Origin: Escherichia coli
GTDB taxonomy: Bacteria > Pseudomonadota > Gammaproteobacteria > Enterobacterales > Enterobacteriaceae
Assembly (NCBI RefSeq): GCF_003334385.1
Contig: NZ_QOWN01000009.1
Strand: one strand, 5' to 3'
Length of the DNA stretch: 64,000 nucleotides
Shown: positions 8,381 to 19,857 of the stretch, in pieces
Numbering within the stretch: the stretch's first letter is position 1
Layout of the letters: every line of letters starts with the position of its first letter
Notes under the pieces: model-generated
The model's input: the letters and a program-made list of their open reading frames with translations, nothing else
Database searches by the model: none
What the model was told of the DNA's origin: nothing
Program-made: the position numbers and the translations under genes

Positions 8381-9418
8381 ATGGTCATCAACTGCGCCTT
8401 TATTGGCTTCGGCAAAAGCACCACCCGTTACCATCTGCCGTATGTACTTAACCGCAAGGATAGCTGGCATGTCGCGCATATTTTTCGTCGCCATGCGAAG
8501 CCGGAAGAACAGGCTCCCATTTATTCCCATATCCATTTCACCAGCGATCTCGACGAAGTACTAAACGATCCCGATGTTAAGCTGGTTGTTGTCTGCACCC
8601 ACGCGGACAGCCATTTCGAGTACGCGAAACGCGCGCTGGAAGCCGGGAAAAATGTGCTGGTCGAAAAACCGTTCACTCCGACACTTGCGCAGGCGAAAGA
8701 GCTGTTTGCGTTGGCGAAAAGCAAAGGGCTGACCGTCACGCCGTATCAGAATCGTCGCTTTGACTCCTGCTTCCTGACAGCGAAAAAAGCGATTGAAAGT
8801 GGCAAGTTGGGAGAGATTGTTGAAGTGGAAAGCCATTTTGACTATTACCGCCCGGTGGCAGAAACCAAACCTGGGCTGCCGCAGGATGGCGCGTTTTATG
8901 GCCTTGGTGTGCATACGATGGACCAGATTATTTCTCTGTTCGGTCGCCCGGATCACGTCGCTTATGACATCCGCAGCCTGCGTAATAAAGCCAATCCTGA
9001 CGACACCTTTGAAGCGCAACTGTTTTATGGCGACCTGAAAGCCATCGTCAAAACCAGCCATCTGGTGAAAATCGATTATCCGAAATTTATCGTTCACGGT
9101 AAGAAAGGTTCGTTTATTAAATACGGTATCGACCAGCAGGAAACCAGCCTGAAGGCTAATATTATGCCGGGCGAACCGGGATTCGCAGCGGATGATTCGG
9201 TCGGTGTGCTGGAGTATGTCAATGACGAGGGCGTGACGGTCAGAGAAGAGATGAAGCCGGAGATGGGCGATTACGGGCGCGTTTATGATGCGTTGTATCA
9301 AACCATCACCCACGGTGCGCCAAATTACGTCAAGGAATCTGAAGTTCTTACCAATCTGGAAATCCTTGAACGCGGATTTGAGCAAGCCTCTCCCTCCACA
9401 GTAACTCTCGCTAAGTAA
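8381..9418 (+). CDS. yhhX: Gfo/Idh/MocA-family NAD(P)-dependent oxidoreductase YhhX
   Basis: 345-aa ORF with an N-terminal Rossmann motif (MVINCAFIGFGKSTTRYHLP) and family-typical EKP motif. Confidence 0.9.
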   Translation: MVINCAFIGFGKSTTRYHLPYVLNRKDSWHVAHIFRRHAKPEEQAPIYSHIHFTSDLDEVLNDPDVKLVVVCTHADSHFEYAKRALEAGKNVLVEKPFTPTLAQAKELFALAKSKGLTVTPYQNRRFDSCFLTAKKAIESGKLGEIVEVESHFDYYRPVAETKPGLPQDGAFYGLGVHTMDQIISLFGRPDHVAYDIRSLRNKANPDDTFEAQLFYGDLKAIVKTSHLVKIDYPKFIVHGKKGSFIKYGIDQQETSLKANIMPGEPGFAADDSVGVLEYVNDEGVTVREEMKPEMGDYGRVYDALYQTITHGAPNYVKESEVLTNLEILERGFEQASPSTVTLAK

Positions 9419-9540
9419 GTTTGATGGCCCCTCGAATAGTTCAATTTTTTTGAACAGAGGGGTCAATTTTCACCCTCTATCATCCCAGGCAGATCGGGTC
9501 CACACTAAGCCCATCGAAATCATTCAGGGGGCGAATACAA

Positions 9541-10236
9541 ATGATCTACTTACGCAAAGCAAATGAACGTGGTCATGCAAATCATGGCTGGCTGGACTCC
9601 TGGCATACTTTCTCTTTTGCCAACTATTACGATCCGAACTTTATGGGCTTCTCCGCGCTGCGCGTGATTAACGACGACGTGATTGAAGCAGGGCAGGGCT
9701 TCGGCACTCACCCGCATAAAGATATGGAAATTTTGACCTACGTGCTGGAAGGTACTGTTGAGCATCAGGACAGCATGGGCAATAAAGAGCAGGTTCCGGC
9801 GGGTGAGTTCCAGATTATGAGTGCTGGTACGGGTATTCGTCACTCAGAGTACAACCCAAGCAGCACCGAGCGTCTGCATCTGTATCAGATCTGGATCATG
9901 CCTGAAGAAAACGGTATTACGCCGCGTTATGAACAGCGTCGCTTCGATGCCGTACAGGGCAAACAGCTGGTGCTCTCGCCGGATGCGCGAGATGGTTCAT
10001 TGAAAGTGCATCAGGATATGGAACTGTACCGCTGGGCGTTGCTGAAAGATGAGCAGTCGGTGCATCAGATTGCCGCTGAACGCCGCGTCTGGATCCAGGT
10101 GGTGAAAGGCAATGTCACCATTAACGGCGTGAAAGCCTCGACCAGCGATGGTCTGGCAATCTGGGATGAGCAGGCAATCTCCATCCATGCGGATAGCGAC
10201 AGCGAAGTGTTACTGTTCGATCTGCCGCCGGTTTAA
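9541..10236 (+). CDS. yhhW: pirin-like cupin protein YhhW (quercetin 2,3-dioxygenase-like)
   Basis: 231-aa ORF with pirin metal-binding histidines (HPHKDMEILTYVLEG ... HSEYN). Confidence 0.9.
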   Translation: MIYLRKANERGHANHGWLDSWHTFSFANYYDPNFMGFSALRVINDDVIEAGQGFGTHPHKDMEILTYVLEGTVEHQDSMGNKEQVPAGEFQIMSAGTGIRHSEYNPSSTERLHLYQIWIMPEENGITPRYEQRRFDAVQGKQLVLSPDARDGSLKVHQDMELYRWALLKDEQSVHQIAAERRVWIQVVKGNVTINGVKASTSDGLAIWDEQAISIHADSDSEVLLFDLPPV

Positions 10237-10459
10237 AACTCAACGGCATCTTTGAAGCCTGCCTTTTTGCAGGCTTCCTCGCTCGCTCCGGTCGCGTGCT
10301 GATGTACGCTTCCGGGGTTTTGCCGCGTCGTTAGCACAATGCGATGCAATTGATTTAGTGTATATCTAATAATTGTAAACAAGCACTGTTTTCCCCGGGA
10401 AGGTTCTGATGTGTCCGTGTTAAACTAAGAGAATCTATCTCTTTTGTACCTTCAGGACG

Positions 10460-11455
10460 ATGAAAAAGAAAAGACCCGTACTTCAGGATGTGGCTGACCG
10501 TGTAGGCGTGACCAAAATGACGGTCAGCCGTTTTTTACGCAACCCGGAGCAGGTTTCCGTCGCTCTACGCGGCAAGATTGCCGCGGCTCTTGATGAACTG
10601 GGCTATATTCCCAATCGTGCGCCCGATATCCTCTCTAACGCCACCAGCCGGGCGATTGGCGTCCTGTTACCTTCTCTCACCAACCAGGTTTTCGCGGAAG
10701 TATTACGCGGAATCGAAAGCGTCACCGACGCGCACGGTTATCAGACCATGCTGGCGCACTACGGTTATAAACCGGAAATGGAGCAAGAACGCCTCGAATC
10801 CATGCTCTCCTGGAATATCGACGGCCTGATCCTCACCGAACGTACCCACACGCCGCGCACCTTAAAGATGATTGAAGTGGCGGGTATTCCCGTGGTGGAA
10901 CTGATGGACAGCAAGTCGCCATGCCTTGATATCGCCGTCGGTTTTGATAACTTTGAAGCAGCACGCCAGATGACCACTGCCATTATTGCTCGCGGGCATC
11001 GCCACATTGCCTATCTCGGCGCACGTCTCGACGAACGTACTATCATCAAACAGAAGGGATACGAACAGGCGATGCTGGATGCAGGCCTGGTGCCATATAG
11101 CGTGATGGTTGAGCAATCTTCTTCTTACTCTTCCGGTATTGAACTGATTCGCCAGGCGCGGCGGGAATATCCGCAGCTGGATGGCGTGTTCTGTACGAAT
11201 GATGACCTGGCGGTCGGCGCGGCGTTTGAATGTCAGCGTCTGGGGTTAAAAGTTCCTGACGATATGGCGATTGCCGGTTTCCACGGTCATGACATTGGTC
11301 AGGTGATGGAGCCACGACTTGCGAGCGTGCTGACGCCGCGTGAGCGGATGGGCAGTATTGGCGCTGAACGCCTGCTGGCGCGTATTCGTGGCGAATCTGT
11401 GACACCGAAAATGTTAGATTTAGGTTTCACCTTGTCACCGGGCGGATCTATTTAA
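10460..11455 (+). CDS. gntR: gluconate repressor GntR (LacI family)
   Basis: 331-aa ORF with an N-terminal LacI-type HTH (VLQDVADRVGVTKMTVSRFL) and a periplasmic-binding-like fold; upstream of gntK-gntU. Confidence 0.93.
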   Translation: MKKKRPVLQDVADRVGVTKMTVSRFLRNPEQVSVALRGKIAAALDELGYIPNRAPDILSNATSRAIGVLLPSLTNQVFAEVLRGIESVTDAHGYQTMLAHYGYKPEMEQERLESMLSWNIDGLILTERTHTPRTLKMIEVAGIPVVELMDSKSPCLDIAVGFDNFEAARQMTTAIIARGHRHIAYLGARLDERTIIKQKGYEQAMLDAGLVPYSVMVEQSSSYSSGIELIRQARREYPQLDGVFCTNDDLAVGAAFECQRLGLKVPDDMAIAGFHGHDIGQVMEPRLASVLTPRERMGSIGAERLLARIRGESVTPKMLDLGFTLSPGGSI

Positions 11456-11533
11456 GCCCACAAATTTGAAGTAGCTCACACTTATACACTTAAGGCATGG
11501 ATGGATATTGCTTCTGATATTGTCCGGCTGGAC

Positions 11534-11564
11534 AATGTTACCGATAACAGTTACCCGTAACATT
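11534..11564 (+). promoter_or_regulatory. GntR operator(s) in the gntKU promoter
   Basis: aatgttaccgataacagttacccgtaacatt contains two overlapping ATGTTAC-N-GTAACAT-type palindromic half-sites typical of GntR operators. Confidence 0.55.
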
Positions 11565-11593
11565 TTTAATTCTTGTATTGTGGGGGCACCACT

Positions 11594-12121
11594 TTGAGCA
11601 CGACTAACCATGATCACCACATTTACGTCTTGATGGGCGTATCGGGCAGCGGCAAATCTGCGGTCGCCAGTGAAGTGGCGCATCAACTTCATGCCGCGTT
11701 TCTTGATGGCGATTTCCTCCATCCACGGCGCAATATCGAAAAAATGGCGTCTGGCGAACCACTGAATGACGACGATCGCAAACCGTGGTTGCAGGCGCTG
11801 AACGACGCCGCGTTTGCTATGCAGCGCACTAATAAAGTGTCGCTGATCGTCTGTTCTGCATTGAAAAAACACTATCGCGACTTGCTGCGTGAAGGTAATC
11901 CGAATCTCTCTTTCATCTATTTGAAAGGCGATTTTGATGTGATTGAAAGCCGCCTGAAAGCGCGCAAAGGCCATTTCTTTAAAACCCAAATGTTGGTGAC
12001 GCAGTTTGAAACGCTGCAGGAGCCGGGTGCGGACGAAACCGATGTACTGGTGGTGGATATCGATCAACCGCTGGAAGGTGTTGTGGCAAGCACCATTGAG
12101 GTTATTAAAAAAGGCAAATAA
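11594..12121 (+). CDS. gntK: thermoresistant gluconokinase GntK
   Basis: P-loop GVSGSGKS; 175 aa if started at TTG 11594 (MSTTNHDHH); ORF-track start 11573 is an alternative. Confidence 0.9.
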   Translation: MSTTNHDHHIYVLMGVSGSGKSAVASEVAHQLHAAFLDGDFLHPRRNIEKMASGEPLNDDDRKPWLQALNDAAFAMQRTNKVSLIVCSALKKHYRDLLREGNPNLSFIYLKGDFDVIESRLKARKGHFFKTQMLVTQFETLQEPGADETDVLVVDIDQPLEGVVASTIEVIKKGK

Positions 12122-12124
12122 GTA

Positions 12125-13465
12125 GTGACTACATTAACGCTTGTTTTAACAGCAGTAGGGTCTGTTTTACTGCTGCTGTTTTTAGTCATGAAGGCGCGTA
12201 TGCACGCTTTCCTGGCTTTAATGGTGGTGTCCATGGGGGCTGGCCTTTTTTCTGGTATGCCGCTCGATAAAATCGCAGCGACGATGGAAAAAGGGATGGG
12301 AGGCACCCTCGGCTTCCTGGCGGTGGTTGTCGCCCTGGGAGCTATGTTTGGCAAGATCTTACATGAAACCGGCGCAGTCGATCAGATTGCCGTCAAAATG
12401 CTCAAATCCTTCGGTCACAGCCGCGCGCATTATGCCATCGGCCTTGCGGGGCTGGTCTGTGCGCTACCGCTGTTCTTTGAAGTGGCGATAGTTCTGCTGA
12501 TTAGCGTTGCTTTCTCAATGGCGCGCCACACCGGTACGAACCTGGTGAAGCTGGTAATCCCATTATTTGCAGGCGTGGCGGCAGCGGCGGCATTTCTGGT
12601 GCCTGGACCAGCGCCGATGCTGCTGGCATCGCAGATGAATGCCGACTTTGGCTGGATGATCCTGATTGGCCTGTGTGCGGCAATTCCGGGAATGATTATT
12701 GCCGGGCCGCTGTGGGGTAACTTCATCAGCCGTTACGTTGAGCTGCATATTCCTGACGACATCAGCGAACCGCATCTCGGCGAAGGCAAAATGCCATCTT
12801 TCGGATTCAGCCTGTCGCTGATCCTGCTGCCGCTGGTGCTGGTAGGGCTGAAAACCATTGCCGCGCGTTTTGTGCCGGAAGGATCAACTGCTTACGAATG
12901 GTTTGAGTTTATCGGTCATCCGTTTACCGCGATTCTGGTTGCTTGTCTGGTGGCGATTTACGGTCTGGCAATGCGTCAGGGCATGCCAAAAGACAAAGTG
13001 ATGGAGATTTGCGGTCACGCGCTGCAACCGGCGGGGATCATTCTGCTGGTGATTGGTGCGGGCGGCGTGTTCAAACAGGTGCTGGTTGACTCTGGCGTAG
13101 GTCCGGCACTGGGCGAAGCGTTAACCGGCATGGGCCTGCCGATTGCTATCACCTGCTTCGTGCTGGCAGCTGCAGTGCGCATCATTCAGGGTTCTGCCAC
13201 CGTAGCCTGTTTAACGGCGGTAGGACTGGTGATGCCGGTTATTGAACAACTGAACTACTCCGGTGCGCAAATGGCGGCGCTGTCGATTTGTATCGCTGGT
13301 GGTTCGATTGTTGTCAGCCACGTTAACGACGCCGGTTTCTGGTTGTTCGGTAAATTTACCGGCGCGACCGAAGCCGAAACGCTGAAAACCTGGACCATGA
13401 TGGAAACCATCCTCGGCACTGTCGGTGCCATCGTTGGGATGATTGCGTTCCAGCTGTTGAGTTAA
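12125..13465 (+). CDS. gntU: low-affinity gluconate transporter GntU (GntP family)
   Basis: 446-aa polytopic membrane protein, paralogous to the gntT product in this window; immediately downstream of gntK. Confidence 0.9.
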   Translation: MTTLTLVLTAVGSVLLLLFLVMKARMHAFLALMVVSMGAGLFSGMPLDKIAATMEKGMGGTLGFLAVVVALGAMFGKILHETGAVDQIAVKMLKSFGHSRAHYAIGLAGLVCALPLFFEVAIVLLISVAFSMARHTGTNLVKLVIPLFAGVAAAAAFLVPGPAPMLLASQMNADFGWMILIGLCAAIPGMIIAGPLWGNFISRYVELHIPDDISEPHLGEGKMPSFGFSLSLILLPLVLVGLKTIAARFVPEGSTAYEWFEFIGHPFTAILVACLVAIYGLAMRQGMPKDKVMEICGHALQPAGIILLVIGAGGVFKQVLVDSGVGPALGEALTGMGLPIAITCFVLAAAVRIIQGSATVACLTAVGLVMPVIEQLNYSGAQMAALSICIAGGSIVVSHVNDAGFWLFGKFTGATEAETLKTWTMMETILGTVGAIVGMIAFQLLS

Positions 13466-13473
13466 GTTTGTTC

Positions 13474-13508
13474 GCCCGGTAGTTGTGACGCTACCGGGTT
13501 CTTTTCGA
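13474..13508. terminator. bidirectional terminator between convergent gntU and yhgN
   Basis: Hairpin cccggtagttgtgacgctaccggg followed by ttcttttcg. Confidence 0.6.
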
Positions 13509-13521
13509 AAAACTCTCCTCG

Positions 13522-14115
13522 TTACCCCTTCATCCACATTCGAATGCCGTCGAGGAACATCTGGGTTGCCATCATCACCAGAATCAATCCCATCAGGCGT
13601 TCAAGTGCGTTCACCCCTTTCTCGCCCAGCAGACGTAAAAATAGCGAAGACTGTAGCAGGATGACAAAGGTGCCGCCCCAGGCCAGCAGCAGAGCAATCA
13701 CCAGATGCCCCATCTGATTCGGGTACTGATGAGACAACAACATCAGCGTGGCGAGAATAGTCGGCCCGGCGACTAACGGAATTGCCAACGGCACGATAAA
13801 TGGCTCTTCACCTGCCGGAAGCCCGCTGCTATTTCCTGAAGCGCTGGGGAAAATCATTTTAATGGCGATCAGAAACAGAATGATGCCGCCAGAAATGGAG
13901 ACGGTTTCTGCTCGTAGGCTAAGAAATGCCAGAATTTTCTCACCCGCAAACAGGAACACCAGCATCACCAGGAGAGCAATAAGCAACTCTCGCACCATGA
14001 TTGCCCGCCGTCTTTTCGGTTCAGTATGTTTCAGTACGGACAGGAAAATAGGTAGGTTTCCGAGCGGATCCATAATCAGGATCAATAAAACTGCTGCAGA
14101 AATGATTTCATTCAT
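13522..14115 (-). CDS. yhgN: MarC-family inner membrane protein YhgN
   Basis: 197-aa hydrophobic ORF; position between gntU and asd. Confidence 0.85.
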   Translation of the reverse strand: MNEIISAAVLLILIMDPLGNLPIFLSVLKHTEPKRRRAIMVRELLIALLVMLVFLFAGEKILAFLSLRAETVSISGGIILFLIAIKMIFPSASGNSSGLPAGEEPFIVPLAIPLVAGPTILATLMLLSHQYPNQMGHLVIALLLAWGGTFVILLQSSLFLRLLGEKGVNALERLMGLILVMMATQMFLDGIRMWMKG

Positions 14116-14307
14116 AACTCAAATTCCCTGATAATTGCCGCGGACTTTCTGCGTGCTAACAAAGCAGGATAAGTCGCATTACTGATGGCTTCGCTATCAT
14201 TGATTAATTTCACTTGCGACTTTGGCTGCTTTTTGTATGGTGAAAGATGTGCCAAGAGGAGACCGGCACATTTATACAGCACACATCTTTGCAGGAAAAA
14301 AACGCTT

Positions 14308-15411
14308 ATGAAAAATGTTGGTTTTATCGGCTGGCGCGGTATGGTCGGCTCCGTTCTCATGCAACGCATGGTTGAAGAGCGCGACTTCGACGCCATTCGC
14401 CCTGTCTTCTTTTCTACTTCTCAGCTTGGCCAGGCTGCGCCGTCTTTTGGCGGAACCACTGGCACACTTCAGGATGCCTTTGATCTGGAGGCGCTAAAGG
14501 CCCTCGATATCATTGTGACCTGTCAGGGCGGCGATTATACCAACGAAATCTATCCAAAGCTTCGTGAAAGCGGATGGCAAGGTTACTGGATTGACGCAGC
14601 ATCGTCTCTGCGCATGAAAGATGACGCCATCATCATTCTTGACCCCGTCAATCAGGACGTCATTACCGACGGATTAAATAATGGCATCAGGACTTTTGTT
14701 GGCGGTAACTGTACCGTAAGCCTGATGTTGATGTCGTTGGGTGGTTTATTCGCCAATGATCTTGTTGATTGGGTGTCCGTTGCAACCTACCAGGCCGCTT
14801 CCGGCGGTGGTGCGCGACATATGCGTGAGTTATTAACCCAGATGGGCCATCTGTATGGCCATGTGGCAGATGAACTCGCGACCCCGTCCTCTGCTATTCT
14901 CGATATCGAACGCAAAGTCACAACCTTAACCCGTAGCGGTGAGCTGCCGGTGGATAACTTTGGCGTGCCGCTGGCGGGTAGCCTGATTCCGTGGATCGAC
15001 AAACAGCTCGATAACGGTCAGAGCCGCGAAGAGTGGAAAGGGCAGGCGGAAACCAACAAGATCCTCAACACATCTTCCGTAATTCCGGTAGATGGTTTAT
15101 GTGTGCGTGTCGGGGCATTGCGCTGCCACAGCCAGGCATTCACTATTAAATTGAAAAAAGATGTGTCTATTCCGACCGTGGAAGAACTGCTGGCTGCGCA
15201 CAATCCGTGGGCGAAAGTCGTTCCGAACGATCGGGAAATCACTATGCGTGAGCTAACCCCAGCTGCCGTTACCGGCACGCTGACCACGCCGGTAGGCCGC
15301 CTGCGTAAGCTGAATATGGGACCAGAGTTCCTGTCAGCCTTTACCGTGGGCGACCAGCTGCTGTGGGGGGCCGCGGAGCCGCTGCGTCGGATGCTTCGTC
15401 AACTGGCGTAA
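14308..15411 (+). CDS. asd: aspartate-semialdehyde dehydrogenase
   Basis: 367 aa from [21 protein letters not shown] (Rossmann N-terminus); active-site region GGNCTVSLM; the ORF-track 5' extension was rejected. Confidence 0.95.
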
Positions 15412-15683
15412 TCTTTATTCATTAAATCTGGGGCGCGATGCCGCCCCTGTTAGTGCGTAATACAGGAGTAAGCGCAGATGTTTCATGATTTACCGGGAGT
15501 TAAATAGAGCATTGGCTATTCTTTAAGGGTGGCTGAATACATGAGTATTCACAGCCTTACCTGAAGTGAGGACGACGCAGAGAGGATGCACAGAGTGCTG
15601 CGCCGTTCAGGTCAAAAAAATGTCACAACCAGAAGTCAAAAATCCAATTGGATGGGGTGACACAATAAAACAGGAAGACAAGC

Positions 15684-17870
15684 ATGTCCGATCGTATCGA
15701 TAGAGACGTGATTAACGCGCTAATTGCAGGCCATTTTGCGGATCCTTTTTCCGTACTGGGAATGCATAAAACCACCGCGGGACTGGAAGTCCGTGCCCTT
15801 TTACCCGACGCTACCGATGTGTGGGTGATTGAACCGAAAACCGGGCGCAAACTCGCAAAACTGGAGTGTCTCGACTCACGGGGATTCTTTAGCGGCGTCA
15901 TTCCGCGACGTAAGAATTTTTTCCGCTATCAGTTGGCTGTTGTCTGGCATGGTCAGCAAAACCTGATTGATGATCCTTACCGTTTTGGTCCGCTAATCCA
16001 GGAAATGGATGCCTGGCTATTATCTGAAGGTACTCACCTGCGCCCGTATGAAACCTTAGGCGCGCATGCAGATACTATGGATGGCGTCACAGGTACGCGT
16101 TTCTCTGTCTGGGCTCCAAACGCCCGTCGGGTCTCGGTGGTTGGGCAATTCAACTACTGGGACGGTCGCCGTCACCCGATGCGCCTGCGTAAAGAGAGCG
16201 GCATCTGGGAACTGTTTATCCCTGGGGCGCATAACGGTCAGCTCTATAAATACGAGATGATTGATGCCAATGGCAACTTGCGTCTGAAGTCCGACCCTTA
16301 TGCCTTTGAAGCGCAAATGCGCCCGGAAACCGCGTCTCTTATTTGCGGGCTGCCGGAAAAGGTTGTACAGACTGAAGAGCGCAAAAAAGCGAATCAGTTT
16401 GATGCGCCAATCTCTATTTATGAAGTTCACCTGGGTTCCTGGCGTCGCCACACCGACAACAATTTCTGGTTGAGCTACCGCGAGCTGGCCGATCAACTGG
16501 TGCCTTATGCTAAATGGATGGGCTTTACCCACCTCGAACTACTGCCCATTAACGAGCATCCCTTCGATGGCAGTTGGGGTTATCAGCCAACCGGCCTGTA
16601 TGCGCCAACCCGCCGTTTTGGTACTCGCGACGACTTCCGTTATTTCATTGATGCCGCACACGCAGCTGGTCTGAACGTGATTCTCGACTGGGTGCCAGGC
16701 CACTTCCCGACTGATGACTTTGCGCTTGCCGAATTTGATGGCACGAACTTGTATGAACACAGCGATCCGCGTGAAGGCTATCATCAGGACTGGAACACGC
16801 TGATCTACAACTATGGTCGCCGTGAAGTCAGTAACTTCCTCGTCGGTAACGCGCTTTACTGGATTGAACGTTTTGGTATTGATGCGCTGCGCGTCGATGC
16901 GGTGGCGTCAATGATTTATCGCGACTATAGCCGTAAAGAGGGGGAGTGGATCCCGAACGAATTTGGCGGGCGCGAGAATCTTGAAGCGATTGAATTCTTG
17001 CGTAATACCAACCGTATTCTTGGTGAGCAGGTTTCCGGTGCGGTGACAATGGCTGAGGAGTCTACCGATTTCCCTGGCGTTTCTCGTCCGCAGGATATGG
17101 GCGGTCTGGGCTTCTGGTACAAGTGGAACCTCGGCTGGATGCATGACACCCTGGACTACATGAAGCTCGACCCGGTTTATCGTCAGTATCATCACGATAA
17201 ACTGACCTTCGGGATTCTCTACAACTACACTGAAAACTTCGTCCTGCCGTTGTCGCATGATGAAGTGGTCCACGGTAAAAAATCGATTCTCGACCGCATG
17301 CCGGGCGACGCATGGCAGAAATTCGCGAACCTGCGCGCCTACTATGGCTGGATGTGGGCATTCCCGGGCAAGAAACTACTGTTCATGGGTAACGAATTTG
17401 CCCAGGGCCGCGAGTGGAACCATGACGCCAGCCTCGACTGGCATCTGTTGGAAGGCGGCGATAACTGGCACCACGGTGTCCAGCGTCTGGTGCGCGATCT
17501 GAACCTCACCTACCGCCACCATAAAGCAATGCATGAACTGGATTTTGACCCGTACGGCTTTGAATGGCTGGTGGTGGATGACAAAGAACGCTCGGTGCTG
17601 ATCTTTGTGCGTCGCGATAAAGAGGGTAACGAAATCATCGTTGCCAGTAACTTTACGCCGGTACCGCGTCATGATTATCGCTTCGGCATAAACCAGCCGG
17701 GCAAATGGCGTGAAATCCTCAATACCGATTCCATGCACTATCACGGCAGTAATGCAGGCAATGGCGGCACGGTACACAGCGATGAGATTGCCAGCCACGG
17801 TCGTCAGCATTCACTAAGCCTGACGCTACCACCGCTGGCCACTATCTGGCTGGTTCGGGAGGCAGAATGA
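15684..17870 (+). CDS. glgB: 1,4-alpha-glucan branching enzyme GlgB
   Basis: 728-aa GH13 protein; first gene of glgBXCAP. Confidence 0.95.
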   Translation: MSDRIDRDVINALIAGHFADPFSVLGMHKTTAGLEVRALLPDATDVWVIEPKTGRKLAKLECLDSRGFFSGVIPRRKNFFRYQLAVVWHGQQNLIDDPYRFGPLIQEMDAWLLSEGTHLRPYETLGAHADTMDGVTGTRFSVWAPNARRVSVVGQFNYWDGRRHPMRLRKESGIWELFIPGAHNGQLYKYEMIDANGNLRLKSDPYAFEAQMRPETASLICGLPEKVVQTEERKKANQFDAPISIYEVHLGSWRRHTDNNFWLSYRELADQLVPYAKWMGFTHLELLPINEHPFDGSWGYQPTGLYAPTRRFGTRDDFRYFIDAAHAAGLNVILDWVPGHFPTDDFALAEFDGTNLYEHSDPREGYHQDWNTLIYNYGRREVSNFLVGNALYWIERFGIDALRVDAVASMIYRDYSRKEGEWIPNEFGGRENLEAIEFLRNTNRILGEQVSGAVTMAEESTDFPGVSRPQDMGGLGFWYKWNLGWMHDTLDYMKLDPVYRQYHHDKLTFGILYNYTENFVLPLSHDEVVHGKKSILDRMPGDAWQKFANLRAYYGWMWAFPGKKLLFMGNEFAQGREWNHDASLDWHLLEGGDNWHHGVQRLVRDLNLTYRHHKAMHELDFDPYGFEWLVVDDKERSVLIFVRRDKEGNEIIVASNFTPVPRHDYRFGINQPGKWREILNTDSMHYHGSNAGNGGTVHSDEIASHGRQHSLSLTLPPLATIWLVREAE

Positions 17871-19840
17871 CACAACTCGCCATTGGCAAACCCGCTCCCC
17901 TCGGCGCGCATTACGACGGTCAGGGCGTCAACTTCACACTTTTCTCCGCTCATGCCGAGCGGGTAGAACTGTGTGTCTTTGACGCCAATGGCCAGGAACA
18001 TCGCTATGACTTGCCAGGGCACAGTGGCGACATTTGGCACGGTTATCTGCCGGATGCGCGCCCGGGTTTGCGTTATGGTTATCGCGTTCATGGCCCCTGG
18101 CAACCCGCCGAGGGGCATCGCTTTAACCCGGCGAAGTTGTTGATTGATCCTTGCGCGCGGCAAATTGACGGGGAGTTTAAAGATAACCCGCTGCTGCACG
18201 CCGGTCATAATGAACCTGACTATCGCGACAACGCCGCCATTGCGCCGAAATGCGTAGTGGTGGTTGATCACTATGACTGGGAAGATGATGCCCCGCCGCG
18301 CACGCCGTGGGGCAGCACCATCATTTATGAAGCCCATGTCAAAGGATTAACGTACTTGCACCCGGAGATCCCGGTCGAGATCCGTGGCACTTATAAAGCC
18401 CTCGGGCATCCGGTGATGATCAACTATTTGAAACAATTGGGCATTACCGCGCTGGAACTGCTGCCAGTGGCGCAGTTTGCCAGTGAACCACGTCTGCAAC
18501 GCATGGGGCTAAGTAACTACTGGGGTTACAACCCGGTGGCGATGTTTGCGCTGCATCCGGCGTATGCCTGCTCGCCAGAAACGGCGCTGGATGAGTTTCG
18601 CGATGCAATCAAAGCACTGCATAAAGCGGGTATCGAAGTCATTCTTGATATCGTGCTCAACCATAGTGCGGAACTGGACCTCGACGGCCCGTTATTCTCG
18701 CTGCGTGGGATCGATAACCGTAGCTATTATTGGATAAGAGAAGACGGCGATTATCACAACTGGACCGGTTGCGGCAACACGCTCAATTTGAGTCATCCGG
18801 CGGTGGTGGATTATGCCAGCGCCTGCCTGCGTTATTGGGTAGAAACCTGCCACGTCGATGGTTTCCGCTTTGATCTGGCGGCAGTCATGGGCCGTACGCC
18901 AGAGTTCCGTCAGGATGCGCCGTTGTTTACCGCTATCCAGAACTGCCCGGTGCTCTCGCAGGTGAAGTTAATTGCTGAACCGTGGGATATCGCTCCTGGT
19001 GGTTATCAGGTGGGAAATTTCCCGCCGCTGTTTGCCGAGTGGAACGATCATTTCCGCGATGCTGCCCGTCGTTTCTGGCTACATTATGATTTGCCTCTGG
19101 GGGCGTTTGCCGGGCGTTTTGCTGCCTCCAGCGATGTTTTTAAACGTAATGGTCGTCTGCCGAGTGCCGCGATTAATCTCGTCACCGCGCATGACGGTTT
19201 TACGCTTCGCGACTGCGTTTGCTTCAACCATAAACACAATGAAGCAAACGGAGAAGAAAATCGCGACGGGACCAACAACAATTACAGTAACAATCATGGT
19301 AAAGAAGGGTTAGGCGGTTCTCTTGACCTGGTTGAACGGCGGCGCGACAGCATTCACGCCCTGTTAACAACGTTGTTGCTCTCCCAGGGTACGCCGATGT
19401 TACTGGCCGGTGACGAACATGGTCACAGCCAGCATGGCAATAACAATGCCTACTGTCAGGATAACCAATTAACCTGGTTGGACTGGTCGCAGGCAAGCAG
19501 TGGTTTAACCGCATTTACCGCCGCGTTAATCCATCTGCGCAAGCGCATTCCCGCTTTGGTGGAGAATCGCTGGTGGGAAGAAGGCGACGGCAATGTCCGT
19601 TGGCTAAATCGATATGCTCAACCTTTAAGCACGGATGAGTGGCAAAACGGGCCGAAACAGCTGCAAATTCTGCTCTCGGATCGCTTTTTGATCGCAATTA
19701 ACGCCACGCTTGAGGTAACAGAGATTGTTTTACCTGCTGGGGAGTGGCACGCCATTCCCCCATTCGCTGGAGAGGATAACCCAGTGATTACGGCTGTCTG
19801 GCAGGGACCTGCACACGGATTGTGTGTGTTCCAGAGATGA
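17867..19840 (+). CDS. glgX: glycogen debranching enzyme GlgX
   Basis: 657-aa GH13 isoamylase-type protein; 4-nt overlap with the glgB stop. Confidence 0.95.
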
Positions 19841-19857
19841 TAAAAAAGGAGTTAGTC

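Noticed and set aside
9424-9462. Hairpin gcccctcgaatagttcaatttttttgaacagaggggtc after yhhX as a regulatory element or sRNA
   Set aside because: It is best explained as the yhhX transcription terminator or a stem-loop; there is no promoter-like sequence and no continuation to suggest a separate transcript.
15412-15683. Tiny ORFs (7-9 codons) in the asd-glgB spacer as leader peptides or an attenuator
   Set aside because: There is no adjacent terminator/antiterminator structure or codon bias to support attenuation; this is most likely just the glgB promoter and 5' UTR.
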